From an uncultured Bacillota bacterium (lineage in GTDB: Bacteria; Bacillota_I; Bacilli_A; RF39; UBA660), in assembly GCA_942493215.1 (NCBI GenBank), contig OW818670.1, positions 153,209-217,208 on the forward strand: a stretch of 64,000 bases of DNA, in the 5' to 3' direction. Shown here one piece after another: positions 49,756 through 59,304 of this stretch (position 1 is the stretch's first letter; every line of letters begins with the position of its first letter). The notes under the pieces are model-generated. The model made no database searches, was not told the origin of the DNA, and was given only the letters and a program-made list of their open reading frames with translations. A program made the position numbers and the translations under genes.

Positions 49756-50952
49756 TTATCTTAATTTTCCCTTCATTCCTTTTGAACCTTTTACTCCCTT
49801 TAAGCCATTATGACAGCTTAATATATTAGTATTAAATGAATTAATCTTTTTAGCATTGTTTTTATATTCTTTGATAGCTAAAGTAATTAAATCATCTAAT
49901 AGAGTATGATATTCTTTACCAGCTGCATCCCATAAGTAGAAAGATAAAGATCCTGGAATGGTATTTGGTTCATTAACATAGATATGATTGCTTTTTTTAT
50001 CAACCAAGAAATCAATACGGCATACACCACTTAAGTTTAAAGTTGTGAATGTTTTCTTCGCTAAATCTTTTATTTCTTCAGTCATCTTTTCATCTATTTT
50101 AGCAGGAATAATACGATTAGTTGAAGCCATACCTTTAGACTTACCACCTTTAGTATTACCCAAATATTTATCTCTATATGTTAAGAATTCATCCGCACTT
50201 ATTACTTGTTCTAAAGCACTAGTTTCCTGATATTCATAATTGCCTAATACACTACAATTGATTTCCATTAAGTTTTCAACTTTTTTCTCAATGACAACCT
50301 TTGTATCATATTTTATAGCTTCCAAAACGGCTTCATCTATTTTATCTTCATCTTTAACAATGGTTATACCAATACTACTACCAAGTGTTGCTGGTTTTAC
50401 TACAACTGGATAACCTAACTTTTTAATATCTTTTAGAATATGCTCATTATTAGTTAAATACTCTGTATCATAGAACCATACATATGGAACATAAGGAATA
50501 CCTGTTGCTTCCATTATCTGTTTCATAACCACTTTATCTTGTCCTAAAGCTGATCCTAAAACATTACTTCCAACATATGGAACACCAACCGTTTCTAAAT
50601 AACCTTGTAATGATCCATCTTCTACATTATTACCATGAACAATTGGTAGAATAACATCAATATCACTAATTTCTTTTTTAGAAAATCCCGTTATTCTTTG
50701 TAAAACATAACGGTCATCTTTTTTACATAATACCACACGATTGGCAAATCTTTTTAAATTTTCAAAATCACGATAAATATCTAAATCAGCTAACATATGA
50801 CCAGCATACCAAATTCGATCTTTACTAATATAAATAGGTATTACTTCATATTTTTCAGCATCCATACTTTTAATTGCTTGAATAGCCGATATTATACTTA
50901 CCTCATGTTCAACTGTTTCTCCACCAAATATTACACCAACTTTAATTGCCAT
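49756..50952 (-). CDS. ddl: D-alanine--D-alanine ligase
   Basis: ATP-grasp fold with conserved Ddl N-terminal (VIFGGETVEHEVSI) and C-terminal motifs. About 30 extra residues of Gly/Lys-rich C-terminal tail. Confidence 0.9.
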   Translation of the reverse strand: MAIKVGVIFGGETVEHEVSIISAIQAIKSMDAEKYEVIPIYISKDRIWYAGHMLADLDIYRDFENLKRFANRVVLCKKDDRYVLQRITGFSKKEISDIDVILPIVHGNNVEDGSLQGYLETVGVPYVGSNVLGSALGQDKVVMKQIMEATGIPYVPYVWFYDTEYLTNNEHILKDIKKLGYPVVVKPATLGSSIGITIVKDEDKIDEAVLEAIKYDTKVVIEKKVENLMEINCSVLGNYEYQETSALEQVISADEFLTYRDKYLGNTKGGKSKGMASTNRIIPAKIDEKMTEEIKDLAKKTFTTLNLSGVCRIDFLVDKKSNHIYVNEPNTIPGSLSFYLWDAAGKEYHTLLDDLITLAIKEYKNNAKKINSFNTNILSCHNGLKGVKGSKGMKGKLR

Positions 50953-50966
50953 AATTAATCATCCTC

Positions 50967-52559
50967 CTACTTCTCATTGAATATGTCTGGTAAATCATTT
51001 TCTAACAAGACATATGTTTCTTTATCCTGAAGTTTTTGAACCAAAGGAAAAGCTTCTTTGACATCATTTAAGATATGAATATGTTTTTCTTTATAGTCCT
51101 TACTCATTAAACCTTCATAAATAGGCTTTGTTTGTTCGGCTCCTACTAAGACAACTTCATCACATACTTCTGAAATATATTGACCAAATTTAAAATTCAT
51201 TTCAAATTGTTTTTCGCCCAAATCAATCATACCTGGTGTAACAATAATTTTCTTACCGGGCATCAAGCCTAATACTTCAACCGCCATTTTTGAACCAACG
51301 GGATTAGAATTATAAGCATCATCAATTATATTAATATTACCATATTTCTTTAATTCTAAGCGGTGTTCATAAGCATTTATTTTCTTAACACCTAATTGGA
51401 TCTGCTCCATTGTTAAGCCAAGTTCTAGACCCATCGCTATACCATCTAGAATATTATAAACATTGTGATATCCTAATAACTTAGTGGTAATCGGATATTT
51501 CTTTTTATTGTCTTTTAAGACACAATCAAAAGTCATTCCTTCATAAGATAATTTAATGTTTTCAGCACGAACATCAACATCCTTATTATCAATACCAATC
51601 CAAACTACTTTACATTTATTTTTTAATTTATAACTTAATTGTAATTCATCATCACCATTTAAAACGGCTGTACCATCCTTAGGAATACTCTCTACTAACT
51701 CAAATTTAGCTTTTTGAATATTTTCTTGACTACCAAATGTTTCTAAGTGGGCAACCCCAATTTTTGTTAAAATCGCATATTTAGGTTTAATAAATTTACA
51801 TGATCTCGTTATTTCTCCAACCCGCATGGCTGATATTTCCGCTACAAAGATATCCGCAAATTTATCAATATAATTATTAATGGTATTAATTAAACCATAA
51901 GTTGTATTATAATTTTTAGGAGTTTGAAAAGAATTATACTTAATACTTAAAATATCATTAACGGCATTCTTCGTACTAGTCTTACCATAACTACCCGTTA
52001 CTCCTACTACTACTAAATTATTCATTTGTTTTAACTTTCTTGATGCTTGATGCCAATATTTATAGAAAACCGCTTTCTCAATTGGTTTATTAACAACATT
52101 AGCAGCCATAACGACAAAATAATTAATATAAATTAATAATCCAAGAAATAAGTAATAATAAGTTAAATATGATTCATCAAAGAAAATATACATACCTATA
52201 ACTGGGATTAAATATAAAATTAAAGTTGTTACTAATAACCTTTTTATCCGAGGCGTAATAACAAGGGGTTTTTTGGTTTGTTCATTCTTATATTTTTTGT
52301 AATGAAAACAAGACGCTACTAAATAATAAAGACTAAATAATACCATTAAGATAATAGGATCAATAAATAGTCCTACCATAAACATAATGAAAAACATATC
52401 TGGTTCAAAGAATACCTTATATGGATTCTTTATAATCCATCTTAAATATCTTTGATTTTCATTATAAAAATTTTGTTGTAAGATATGAAAACCTTTTTTC
52501 GTTTTTAAACCAGCATAAATAAAGACAAGAATAAGGGAATAAAGAAAATACTCTTTCAT
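50967..52559 (-). CDS. murF: UDP-MurNAc-tripeptide--D-Ala-D-Ala ligase MurF with an atypical ~165-aa polytopic membrane N-terminus
   Basis: Mur ligase central P-loop (GVTGSYGKTSTK) appears only at residue ~188. The C-terminal MurF signature is IDDAYNSNP...GMIDLG. The first ~165 aa form about five hydrophobic helices in place of the normal soluble MurF N-domain. Confidence 0.8.
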   Translation of the reverse strand: MKEYFLYSLILVFIYAGLKTKKGFHILQQNFYNENQRYLRWIIKNPYKVFFEPDMFFIMFMVGLFIDPIILMVLFSLYYLVASCFHYKKYKNEQTKKPLVITPRIKRLLVTTLILYLIPVIGMYIFFDESYLTYYYLFLGLLIYINYFVVMAANVVNKPIEKAVFYKYWHQASRKLKQMNNLVVVGVTGSYGKTSTKNAVNDILSIKYNSFQTPKNYNTTYGLINTINNYIDKFADIFVAEISAMRVGEITRSCKFIKPKYAILTKIGVAHLETFGSQENIQKAKFELVESIPKDGTAVLNGDDELQLSYKLKNKCKVVWIGIDNKDVDVRAENIKLSYEGMTFDCVLKDNKKKYPITTKLLGYHNVYNILDGIAMGLELGLTMEQIQLGVKKINAYEHRLELKKYGNINIIDDAYNSNPVGSKMAVEVLGLMPGKKIIVTPGMIDLGEKQFEMNFKFGQYISEVCDEVVLVGAEQTKPIYEGLMSKDYKEKHIHILNDVKEAFPLVQKLQDKETYVLLENDLPDIFNEK

Positions 52560-53311
52560 TAATTATCACTACCTTCTATAAAACTTTGTAAAACTTTAAC
52601 TGTTTGACCAAGACGTTCTAAATAAGCATAATGAGTACAATTTTCATATACTACTAATCCTGCATTATCAATTAACTGTTCTAATTTATATGCATCATCA
52701 ATAGGTACCGCAGTATCTAATGTCCCCCAAATAATTAAAGTTGGGCACTTTATTTTAAATAGTTCATCAGTAATATCGAGATTAACATGATTAACCATAA
52801 TTTCTCGCATCATCGGATTAGCGTTACGATAATCAGTTGACCCAAAATGTTTCTTTGCCCATTCTTCTAAAGGTTTAATATTAATTTTACTCTTTAAATT
52901 CTTTAATATGCGTATCTTTAAAGATTTATTATCTTTAGCTTTATATGGACTAGCCATTACTACTAATTTCTGAACTTTATATTTAGATGCATATAATAAA
53001 CTTATTTTACCTCCAAAGGAATGACCTACTAATATCGGATTTTCTATTTTTAAGTAATTAATTAATTCATAAAGACAATCGACATAATCATATAATGTCC
53101 AAGGATAATTAGGAGTAGAGCTTTCTCCATGGCCTGGTAAATCAATAATTGTTACATAACAATTATCACTTATACCATCCCCAACACCCTTCATCATCTC
53201 GATGTTTTGTTGCCAACCATGAAGTAATATCACCATAGGTCCTTTTTTATTACCATATTGGATATAATTTACATCAACATTTTTTATATTTATTTTCATT
53301 CTATCCACCAT
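52559..53311 (-). CDS. Alpha/beta-fold hydrolase
   Basis: Nucleophile elbow GHSFGG, HGW oxyanion region and C-terminal Asp/His. Confidence 0.8.
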   Translation of the reverse strand: MVDRMKINIKNVDVNYIQYGNKKGPMVILLHGWQQNIEMMKGVGDGISDNCYVTIIDLPGHGESSTPNYPWTLYDYVDCLYELINYLKIENPILVGHSFGGKISLLYASKYKVQKLVVMASPYKAKDNKSLKIRILKNLKSKINIKPLEEWAKKHFGSTDYRNANPMMREIMVNHVNLDITDELFKIKCPTLIIWGTLDTAVPIDDAYKLEQLIDNAGLVVYENCTHYAYLERLGQTVKVLQSFIEGSDN

Positions 53312-53369
53312 TAATATTATAACTTAATTAATATCAAATATCAAATAAAATTTAAAACAAGACCAAATA

Positions 53370-54269
53370 TTAGTCTTGTTTTTCTTTATTTTCTGACATC
53401 ATTTCTTTAATTGTTGTACCTAGAGTTGCAATATTTTGTAAATCTGATGGTACGATAATTTTGGTAGCTGTTCCATTTGCTAATACTTGTAAAGCTTCTA
53501 AACTCTTTAATGTAATAACGGTTTGATCAGCTTTAACATCTTTAATTAATCTAATACCTTCAGCTTCTGCTTGTTTTAATTTAAGAATAGCTTCTGCTTC
53601 ACCTTCAGCTTCTCTAATTTGTGATTCTTTTTTAGCTTCTGCTCGAAGAATCGCACTTTCTTTTTCACCTTCAGCAATTAAAATACTAGATCTTTTTTCA
53701 CCTTCAGCACGAAGGATAGACTCTCTTCTTTCACGTTCTGCCCGCATTTGTTTTTCCATAGCTTCTTGAATATCACGTGGAGGAAGAATGTTTTTAACCT
53801 CAACTCGGGTTACTTTTATACCCCACGGATCGGTTGCTTCATCAAGAATTGCTCGCATCTTAGAATTAATTATATCCCTTGATGTTAATGTTTCATCTAA
53901 TTCTAAATCACCAATAATATTACGTAATGTTGTTGCTGTCAGAGACTCAATGGCATCAATTGGATTTTCAACCCCATAAGTATACAATTTAGCATCCGTT
54001 ATTTGAAAATAAACAACTGTATCTATTTGCATAGTGACATTATCTTTTGTAATAACTGGTTGTGGTGCGAAATCTTTAACAATTTCCTTTAATGTAACCT
54101 TATTAGCAATTCTATCTAGAAATGGTAATTTAACATGTAAACCATTATCCCAAGTAGCATAATAAGAACCTATTCGTTCAACAACATAAGTTTTTGCTTG
54201 CGGAACAATTTTGATATTAGGAATAACTAAAATTAAAACTAAAACTAAAATAATTAAAAATATATCCAT
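53370..54269 (-). CDS. SPFH/band-7 (stomatin/prohibitin-like) membrane protein
   Basis: N-terminal TM, SPFH domain, C-terminal Glu/Ala-rich coiled coil (EGEKRSSILIAEGEKESAILRAEAKKESQIREAEGEAEAIL). Confidence 0.9.
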   Translation of the reverse strand: MDIFLIILVLVLILVIPNIKIVPQAKTYVVERIGSYYATWDNGLHVKLPFLDRIANKVTLKEIVKDFAPQPVITKDNVTMQIDTVVYFQITDAKLYTYGVENPIDAIESLTATTLRNIIGDLELDETLTSRDIINSKMRAILDEATDPWGIKVTRVEVKNILPPRDIQEAMEKQMRAERERRESILRAEGEKRSSILIAEGEKESAILRAEAKKESQIREAEGEAEAILKLKQAEAEGIRLIKDVKADQTVITLKSLEALQVLANGTATKIIVPSDLQNIATLGTTIKEMMSENKEKQD

Positions 54270-54695
54270 TTATTTCACTCCTTTAACCTTTAATTTAGTA
54301 CTATTAATTTCTAAAACTATAACCTTACTATTTTTTACTATTTTGGTATCAGCGTAAGCTGTCCATATTTTACCATCAACTTTTACTTCGCCATAACCAC
54401 CTTTTTTAATATTGGAGATTACCATTCCTTGCATTCCAATAATGCGATCAAGATTAGTCTTTGTCTTTCGATTGTTTAAAAATTTAATCAAAGTTGAACG
54501 TGTGGTTGCTAATAAAATAACACCACCAACGACAAATACACCCATTTGAATTAAAGCATTATTTGTAAAAAAAGAAACAATCAAAGCTAAGATACCACTT
54601 GCAACAAACCAAATAGTTGTTAAATTAATAGTTGCTAATTCAATAATAGCCAATAAAACAATTGTAAATAACCAATAATAAAACATACTCACCAC
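54270..54695 (-). CDS. NfeD-family membrane protein (partner of the SPFH protein)
   Basis: 141 aa with an N-terminal TM region and a C-terminal OB-like beta domain. Abuts the SPFH gene on the same strand. Confidence 0.75.
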   Translation of the reverse strand: MVSMFYYWLFTIVLLAIIELATINLTTIWFVASGILALIVSFFTNNALIQMGVFVVGGVILLATTRSTLIKFLNNRKTKTNLDRIIGMQGMVISNIKKGGYGEVKVDGKIWTAYADTKIVKNSKVIVLEINSTKLKVKGVK

Positions 54696-54796
54696 CTAAT
54701 TATCATTATACTACAATATATGTTGGTTTTCTAGTAATAATTTGCGGAAAGTTTTTAAAATAAGAAGCATAAACTTGTACAAAGGAGAAATATATA

Positions 54797-55749
54797 TGCC
54801 AACCAATAATTTTGAAGCTTTTTATGAAAATATTAAAGATCGTATAGCCCCTATGTTATCTGATAATCCTTGTTTTAAAGATGAATTAAAGCGTATTTAT
54901 TTATCATTTAATAATGATGATATTGAATGCCGTTTAGAAAATAATGGTCGTAAAATCATTTTTAATGATTGCCACACTGACTCTAATTATATTAATAAAA
55001 GTACCAGGGTTTTAAAGATGGTTACCATAAGTAGTAGTATTGGTGAAATTATGGTTGACGAAATGAAGAATCATACAACTGTTAATGATAGTCTACCTAA
55101 TGCTGAAAGTAATGAATCACAATTATTTGACATTTTCTTACAATATACTTATCGTTACTTTGATAAAGATGGTTTAGAAATAGAACATTGTGGTATGAGT
55201 ACTAAATTAAAAGAAATATGTGATGTATCTTTCTTCTTAAATTACTCTATTATGTATCATATATTAATGAAATATCGTCCACTATTCATGTTTGGTAATA
55301 CTCCTCAATGTCCAGAATCTGTAAATAAAGAAACGACATCTACTTACTGCTATAACCGTTCTAATAGTAATCTCGCTATGGTTGGTTGTACCGTTAATAT
55401 TTGTCGTGAACAAATCGATGATGATACTAATGCTTTATATTATGATGATTCCTGTCACGAACAAAAATTAATGATTAATCCGCGCGATCTTAATGGACCA
55501 GCAATTGGTTTTTATATTAAAGGACAATATCTTCTATCTGGGCGACCTCAATATTTAAACTTTAATCCCCAACATATTTTAAGTGGTGATGAAATTAATA
55601 GTGGCATTTATAATGCTCCCTACTTTTTAAAACAAGTTGAAGCTTTTCTTGGTGATAATAAAGGATCATCACCTTTATATGAAAGCTTAATGCGAAGAGG
55701 CAAACAACAATTAGTGGAGGAAGAAAAAAGATTAATAAAAAAAGACTGA
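54797..55749 (+). CDS. Hypothetical protein (317 aa, Cys-rich, no recognisable domain)
   Basis: ORF whose start was trimmed to ATG 54797, after AAGGAGAAA. Confidence 0.5.
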
Positions 55750-55766
55750 AGATCAAACTTCAGTCT

Positions 55767-58352
55767 TTATTTGGCGTCATACCAATTACAACCATAATCC
55801 ATATCAACTTTTAATGGTACTCGAAGTTCGCAAACATTGTTCATGATATCCATTACCATCTTAGTTACTTGTTCTCTTTCTGGTTCTAAACAATCAAAAA
55901 TTAATTCATCGTGAACTTGTAAAATCATTTTTGTTTGTAAGTGTTCTTCTTGTAATTTTTGATGTATTTTAATCATCGCTAACTTAATAATATCAGCACT
56001 TGTTCCTTGAATAGGAGTGTTTAGTGCCATCCGTTCGCCACCACTTCTAATCATATAATTCTTATTGTTAAGCTCCGGAATATTACGTTTACGATTAAAT
56101 AAGGTTCTTACATAACCATTTTCATGAGCTTCTTTTATAACATTATCCATATAACTTTTTATACCAGGATACATATCTAAATAATTTTTAATAAATCTTG
56201 ATGCCTCACTCGTCGCAATTCCTAAATTCTCCGATAAGCCATACCCACTTATACCATAAATAATACCGAAGTTAACAGCTTTAGCCATTCTTCGCATATC
56301 TTTAGTAACTAATTCTTCTGGTACTTTAAAGATATCACTAGCTGTTTTTGTATGAATATCTTTATTTTGATTAAAGGCTTCAATTAAAGCTGGTACATTA
56401 GCCATATGCGCTAAAATACGTAGTTCTATCTGGGAATAATCGCCACTTAAAATAACGGCTTTAGGACTAGGAATAAAAGCCTTTCTTATTAAACGACCAT
56501 ATTCATAACGAATAGGAATATTTTGAAGATTAGGCTCAATTGAAGATAAACGACCAGTTCTCGTTAAAGCTTGATTATAAATTGTATGTATTTTATGATC
56601 CGGCATAATGGTTGATATTAATCCTTCAATATAGGTTGAATATAATTTAGATAGCATTCTATACTCTAGTATATCATCAATAATGGGATGTGTTCCTTTT
56701 AATTTTTCTAATATATCAGCTGATGTTGAATAACCATTAACACCTTTCTTACCATGCTTTAAACCTAATTTTTCAAATAATATTTCTCCTAATTGTTTAG
56801 GCGATGAAATATTAAACTTGGCTCCAGCATGATTATAAATAGTCTGACTAATAAGCTCCATCTTAATAGTAATTTCTTTACCCATTTCCGTTAAGGTATC
56901 ACGATTAACATTAACACCACTATATTCCATATCACCTAAGACATAAGTAAGTGGCATTTCAATATCATTAAATAAATTTAATAATTCTTCACTAACTAAT
57001 TTATCTTTAAATTCTTTATAAGTTTCATAAATAAACTTAGCTTTCATTACCGCATTAAGGCCAGTTGTATTAATATCTGGTTCAATAAATTTTGTTTTAC
57101 CAAATACAACATCATAAAATGGTATATCATAACTAAAAGTATTAGCTAAAACAGCTACATCATCCTTAATATTGTAATCTAATAAATAAGCCGCTAACAT
57201 TGTATCAAAAACAACGTTATCAACATTCAAAGTTTGCCATTTAAGCGCTACATATAATTTCTTTAAATCATAAGTATACTTTTCTTTTCCTTTTAATAAA
57301 GGTAAAAAGATATTTAAATGACTATTAGGTACAAAGAAACTATTATGAGCATCATAATATGCAAGCCCGAGAATCTTACTAGTATGATAATTAGTACCTA
57401 ATATTTCTAAATAAATACTACATTGATTATCTAAACTTAGATTATCAAAATTAGTTAAAATTGATACTTCTTCTATTTTCTTTACTATTGGTTGTGGAGC
57501 TTTCCTTAAGAAGGAATAAAACTCTAATTCTTCATATAAGGCATTTAAACTATTATAATTAGGTCCCATATATTTAGTATCACTAATGTCTATTTCTAAA
57601 GGAGTATTAATTTCAATAGTTGCTAAATCATAACTCATATAAGCATTATCTTTATCGGTTACTAATTTTTCTTGCATTTTAGGTGAGAACTTATCAAGAT
57701 TTTGATAGACTCCATCTAATGTTTTATAATCTTGTAACATCTTTAAAGCGGTTTTCTCACCTATTCCTTTAACACCTGGAATATTATCAGAACTATCGCC
57801 TTCTAGGGCTTTTAAATCAATAATATTAATCGGTTCAATACCATAATCAGCTCTAAATGTTTCCTTATTATAACGAATATAATCTTTACTTTTTAATAGT
57901 TTAATATCAATATCATCACTAATTAATTGTAATAAGTCCTGATCACTACTAATAATTGTACCAATAAAATTAGGATCTTCATTACAGTATCTTGCAAATG
58001 TTCCAATAATATCATCAGCTTCATAATTATCTATTTCATAATATTTAATACCCATTTTACCTAGTATATCTTTAGCTATAGGAAACTGTTTTACTAATTC
58101 ATCTGGTGTTTCAATCCGTCCTTCTTTATAAGTTGGATATTTATCATGACGAAAAGTTTTACCTTTATCAAAAGCTACCATTATATAAGTAGGATTTTCC
58201 TCAGTAATTATTTTATTAATCATATTAACAAAACCAAATATGGCATTAGTAGGGAATCCCTTACTATTACGCATAAAATTACCGTTATAAGCTGTTGCAT
58301 AGTAACTTCTAAATAATAAATTATTACCATCAACTAACAATATTTTCTCCAT
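55767..58352 (-). CDS. polA: DNA polymerase I
   Basis: 5'-3' exonuclease N-domain (LLVDGNNLLFRSYYA), a 3'-5' exo-like linker and a family A polymerase domain (motifs A DYSQIELR, B RRMAKAVNFGIIYG, C VHDEL). The start is likely ATG 58352. The track start is a GTG. Confidence 0.95.
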   Translation of the reverse strand: MEKILLVDGNNLLFRSYYATAYNGNFMRNSKGFPTNAIFGFVNMINKIITEENPTYIMVAFDKGKTFRHDKYPTYKEGRIETPDELVKQFPIAKDILGKMGIKYYEIDNYEADDIIGTFARYCNEDPNFIGTIISSDQDLLQLISDDIDIKLLKSKDYIRYNKETFRADYGIEPINIIDLKALEGDSSDNIPGVKGIGEKTALKMLQDYKTLDGVYQNLDKFSPKMQEKLVTDKDNAYMSYDLATIEINTPLEIDISDTKYMGPNYNSLNALYEELEFYSFLRKAPQPIVKKIEEVSILTNFDNLSLDNQCSIYLEILGTNYHTSKILGLAYYDAHNSFFVPNSHLNIFLPLLKGKEKYTYDLKKLYVALKWQTLNVDNVVFDTMLAAYLLDYNIKDDVAVLANTFSYDIPFYDVVFGKTKFIEPDINTTGLNAVMKAKFIYETYKEFKDKLVSEELLNLFNDIEMPLTYVLGDMEYSGVNVNRDTLTEMGKEITIKMELISQTIYNHAGAKFNISSPKQLGEILFEKLGLKHGKKGVNGYSTSADILEKLKGTHPIIDDILEYRMLSKLYSTYIEGLISTIMPDHKIHTIYNQALTRTGRLSSIEPNLQNIPIRYEYGRLIRKAFIPSPKAVILSGDYSQIELRILAHMANVPALIEAFNQNKDIHTKTASDIFKVPEELVTKDMRRMAKAVNFGIIYGISGYGLSENLGIATSEASRFIKNYLDMYPGIKSYMDNVIKEAHENGYVRTLFNRKRNIPELNNKNYMIRSGGERMALNTPIQGTSADIIKLAMIKIHQKLQEEHLQTKMILQVHDELIFDCLEPEREQVTKMVMDIMNNVCELRVPLKVDMDYGCNWYDAK

Positions 58353-58425
58353 CATTATCACCTATTATCATTATAACAGTTATTTATTTTAAAAACAAAT
58401 AAAAAGAGAATTGATATTCTCTTAT

Positions 58426-59292
58426 TTATATTTTAAATAATTTATTAAATTCTTCAGGGACAGGCGCTTCAAAATGTAATAATTTATTAGTTACAGGATG
58501 AACTAGTTCTAAAACATAAGCATGTAGCCCTAATCTTTTAATGGGGTTACGATTTGATCCATACTTTTTATCACCAACAATAGGACATTTAAGATCATGC
58601 ATATGGACTCTAATCTGATTCTTACGACCAGTATCAATAAAAACATCTAGTAAAGTATAATTTTCTTTTTTTAGTTTTACTTGGTAATTAGTAATGGCTA
58701 AATCACCATCTTTATCACTAGAATAAACAACATGATTTATATTTTCTTTAAGATAGGATTTGATTGTACCTTTTTCTTTAATTTTATTACCTTCAACTAC
58801 CGCTAAATAATGTCTTATTCTAATAATTTTATCCCAATTATCTTGATATAAAAATTTAATTTTTTCATCTTTAGCAAACATTAATACACCTGATGTATCT
58901 TGATCTAAACGATGAATAATAAAGATTTTATTATTCTCATTCTTGTTTTTTAAATAACGCATTACATAGTGATAGGCTGTATTTTCTTTATCTCTTTCCG
59001 TCGCAACCGAAAGTAATCCTGCTGGTTTATTAATAACAATTATCTCTTTATCTTCATAAAGAATATCAATACTACTACGATATATCTTATTACTAACTTG
59101 TTGGGTATTAATCATTACTTTTTGACCTAACTTAAGAGGATAATTATACTTTGTAACTACATGCCCATCAACATGAACATTACCCCTTGCTAAGAAGTTT
59201 TTAATGGTATTTTTAGATTTATTTTCGATATTTCGATATAACGAATCAAGGAGTAGCCCTTCACAGATAACAACATATTCGATATTTTTCAT
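58426..59292 (-). CDS. RluA-family 23S rRNA pseudouridine synthase (RluD-like)
   Basis: S4-like N-terminus and catalytic HRLDQDTSG motif. Confidence 0.85.
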   Translation of the reverse strand: MKNIEYVVICEGLLLDSLYRNIENKSKNTIKNFLARGNVHVDGHVVTKYNYPLKLGQKVMINTQQVSNKIYRSSIDILYEDKEIIVINKPAGLLSVATERDKENTAYHYVMRYLKNKNENNKIFIIHRLDQDTSGVLMFAKDEKIKFLYQDNWDKIIRIRHYLAVVEGNKIKEKGTIKSYLKENINHVVYSSDKDGDLAITNYQVKLKKENYTLLDVFIDTGRKNQIRVHMHDLKCPIVGDKKYGSNRNPIKRLGLHAYVLELVHPVTNKLLHFEAPVPEEFNKLFKI

Positions 59293-59304
59293 TTTATCAC
59301 CTTT

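Noticed and set aside
42490-50230. Antisense or embedded ORFs in the ars and paralog regions (42490..43164, 43237..43614, 43463..43648, 44059..44319, 45637..45864, 46891..47076, 47910..48236, 48803..49231, 49988..50230)
   Set aside because: Each overlaps a motif-supported gene on the opposite strand (arsM, arsA, arsR, the secreted protein, the paralog genes, ddl). Their Ser/Leu/Ile-rich low-complexity translations are typical of reverse-frame artefacts.
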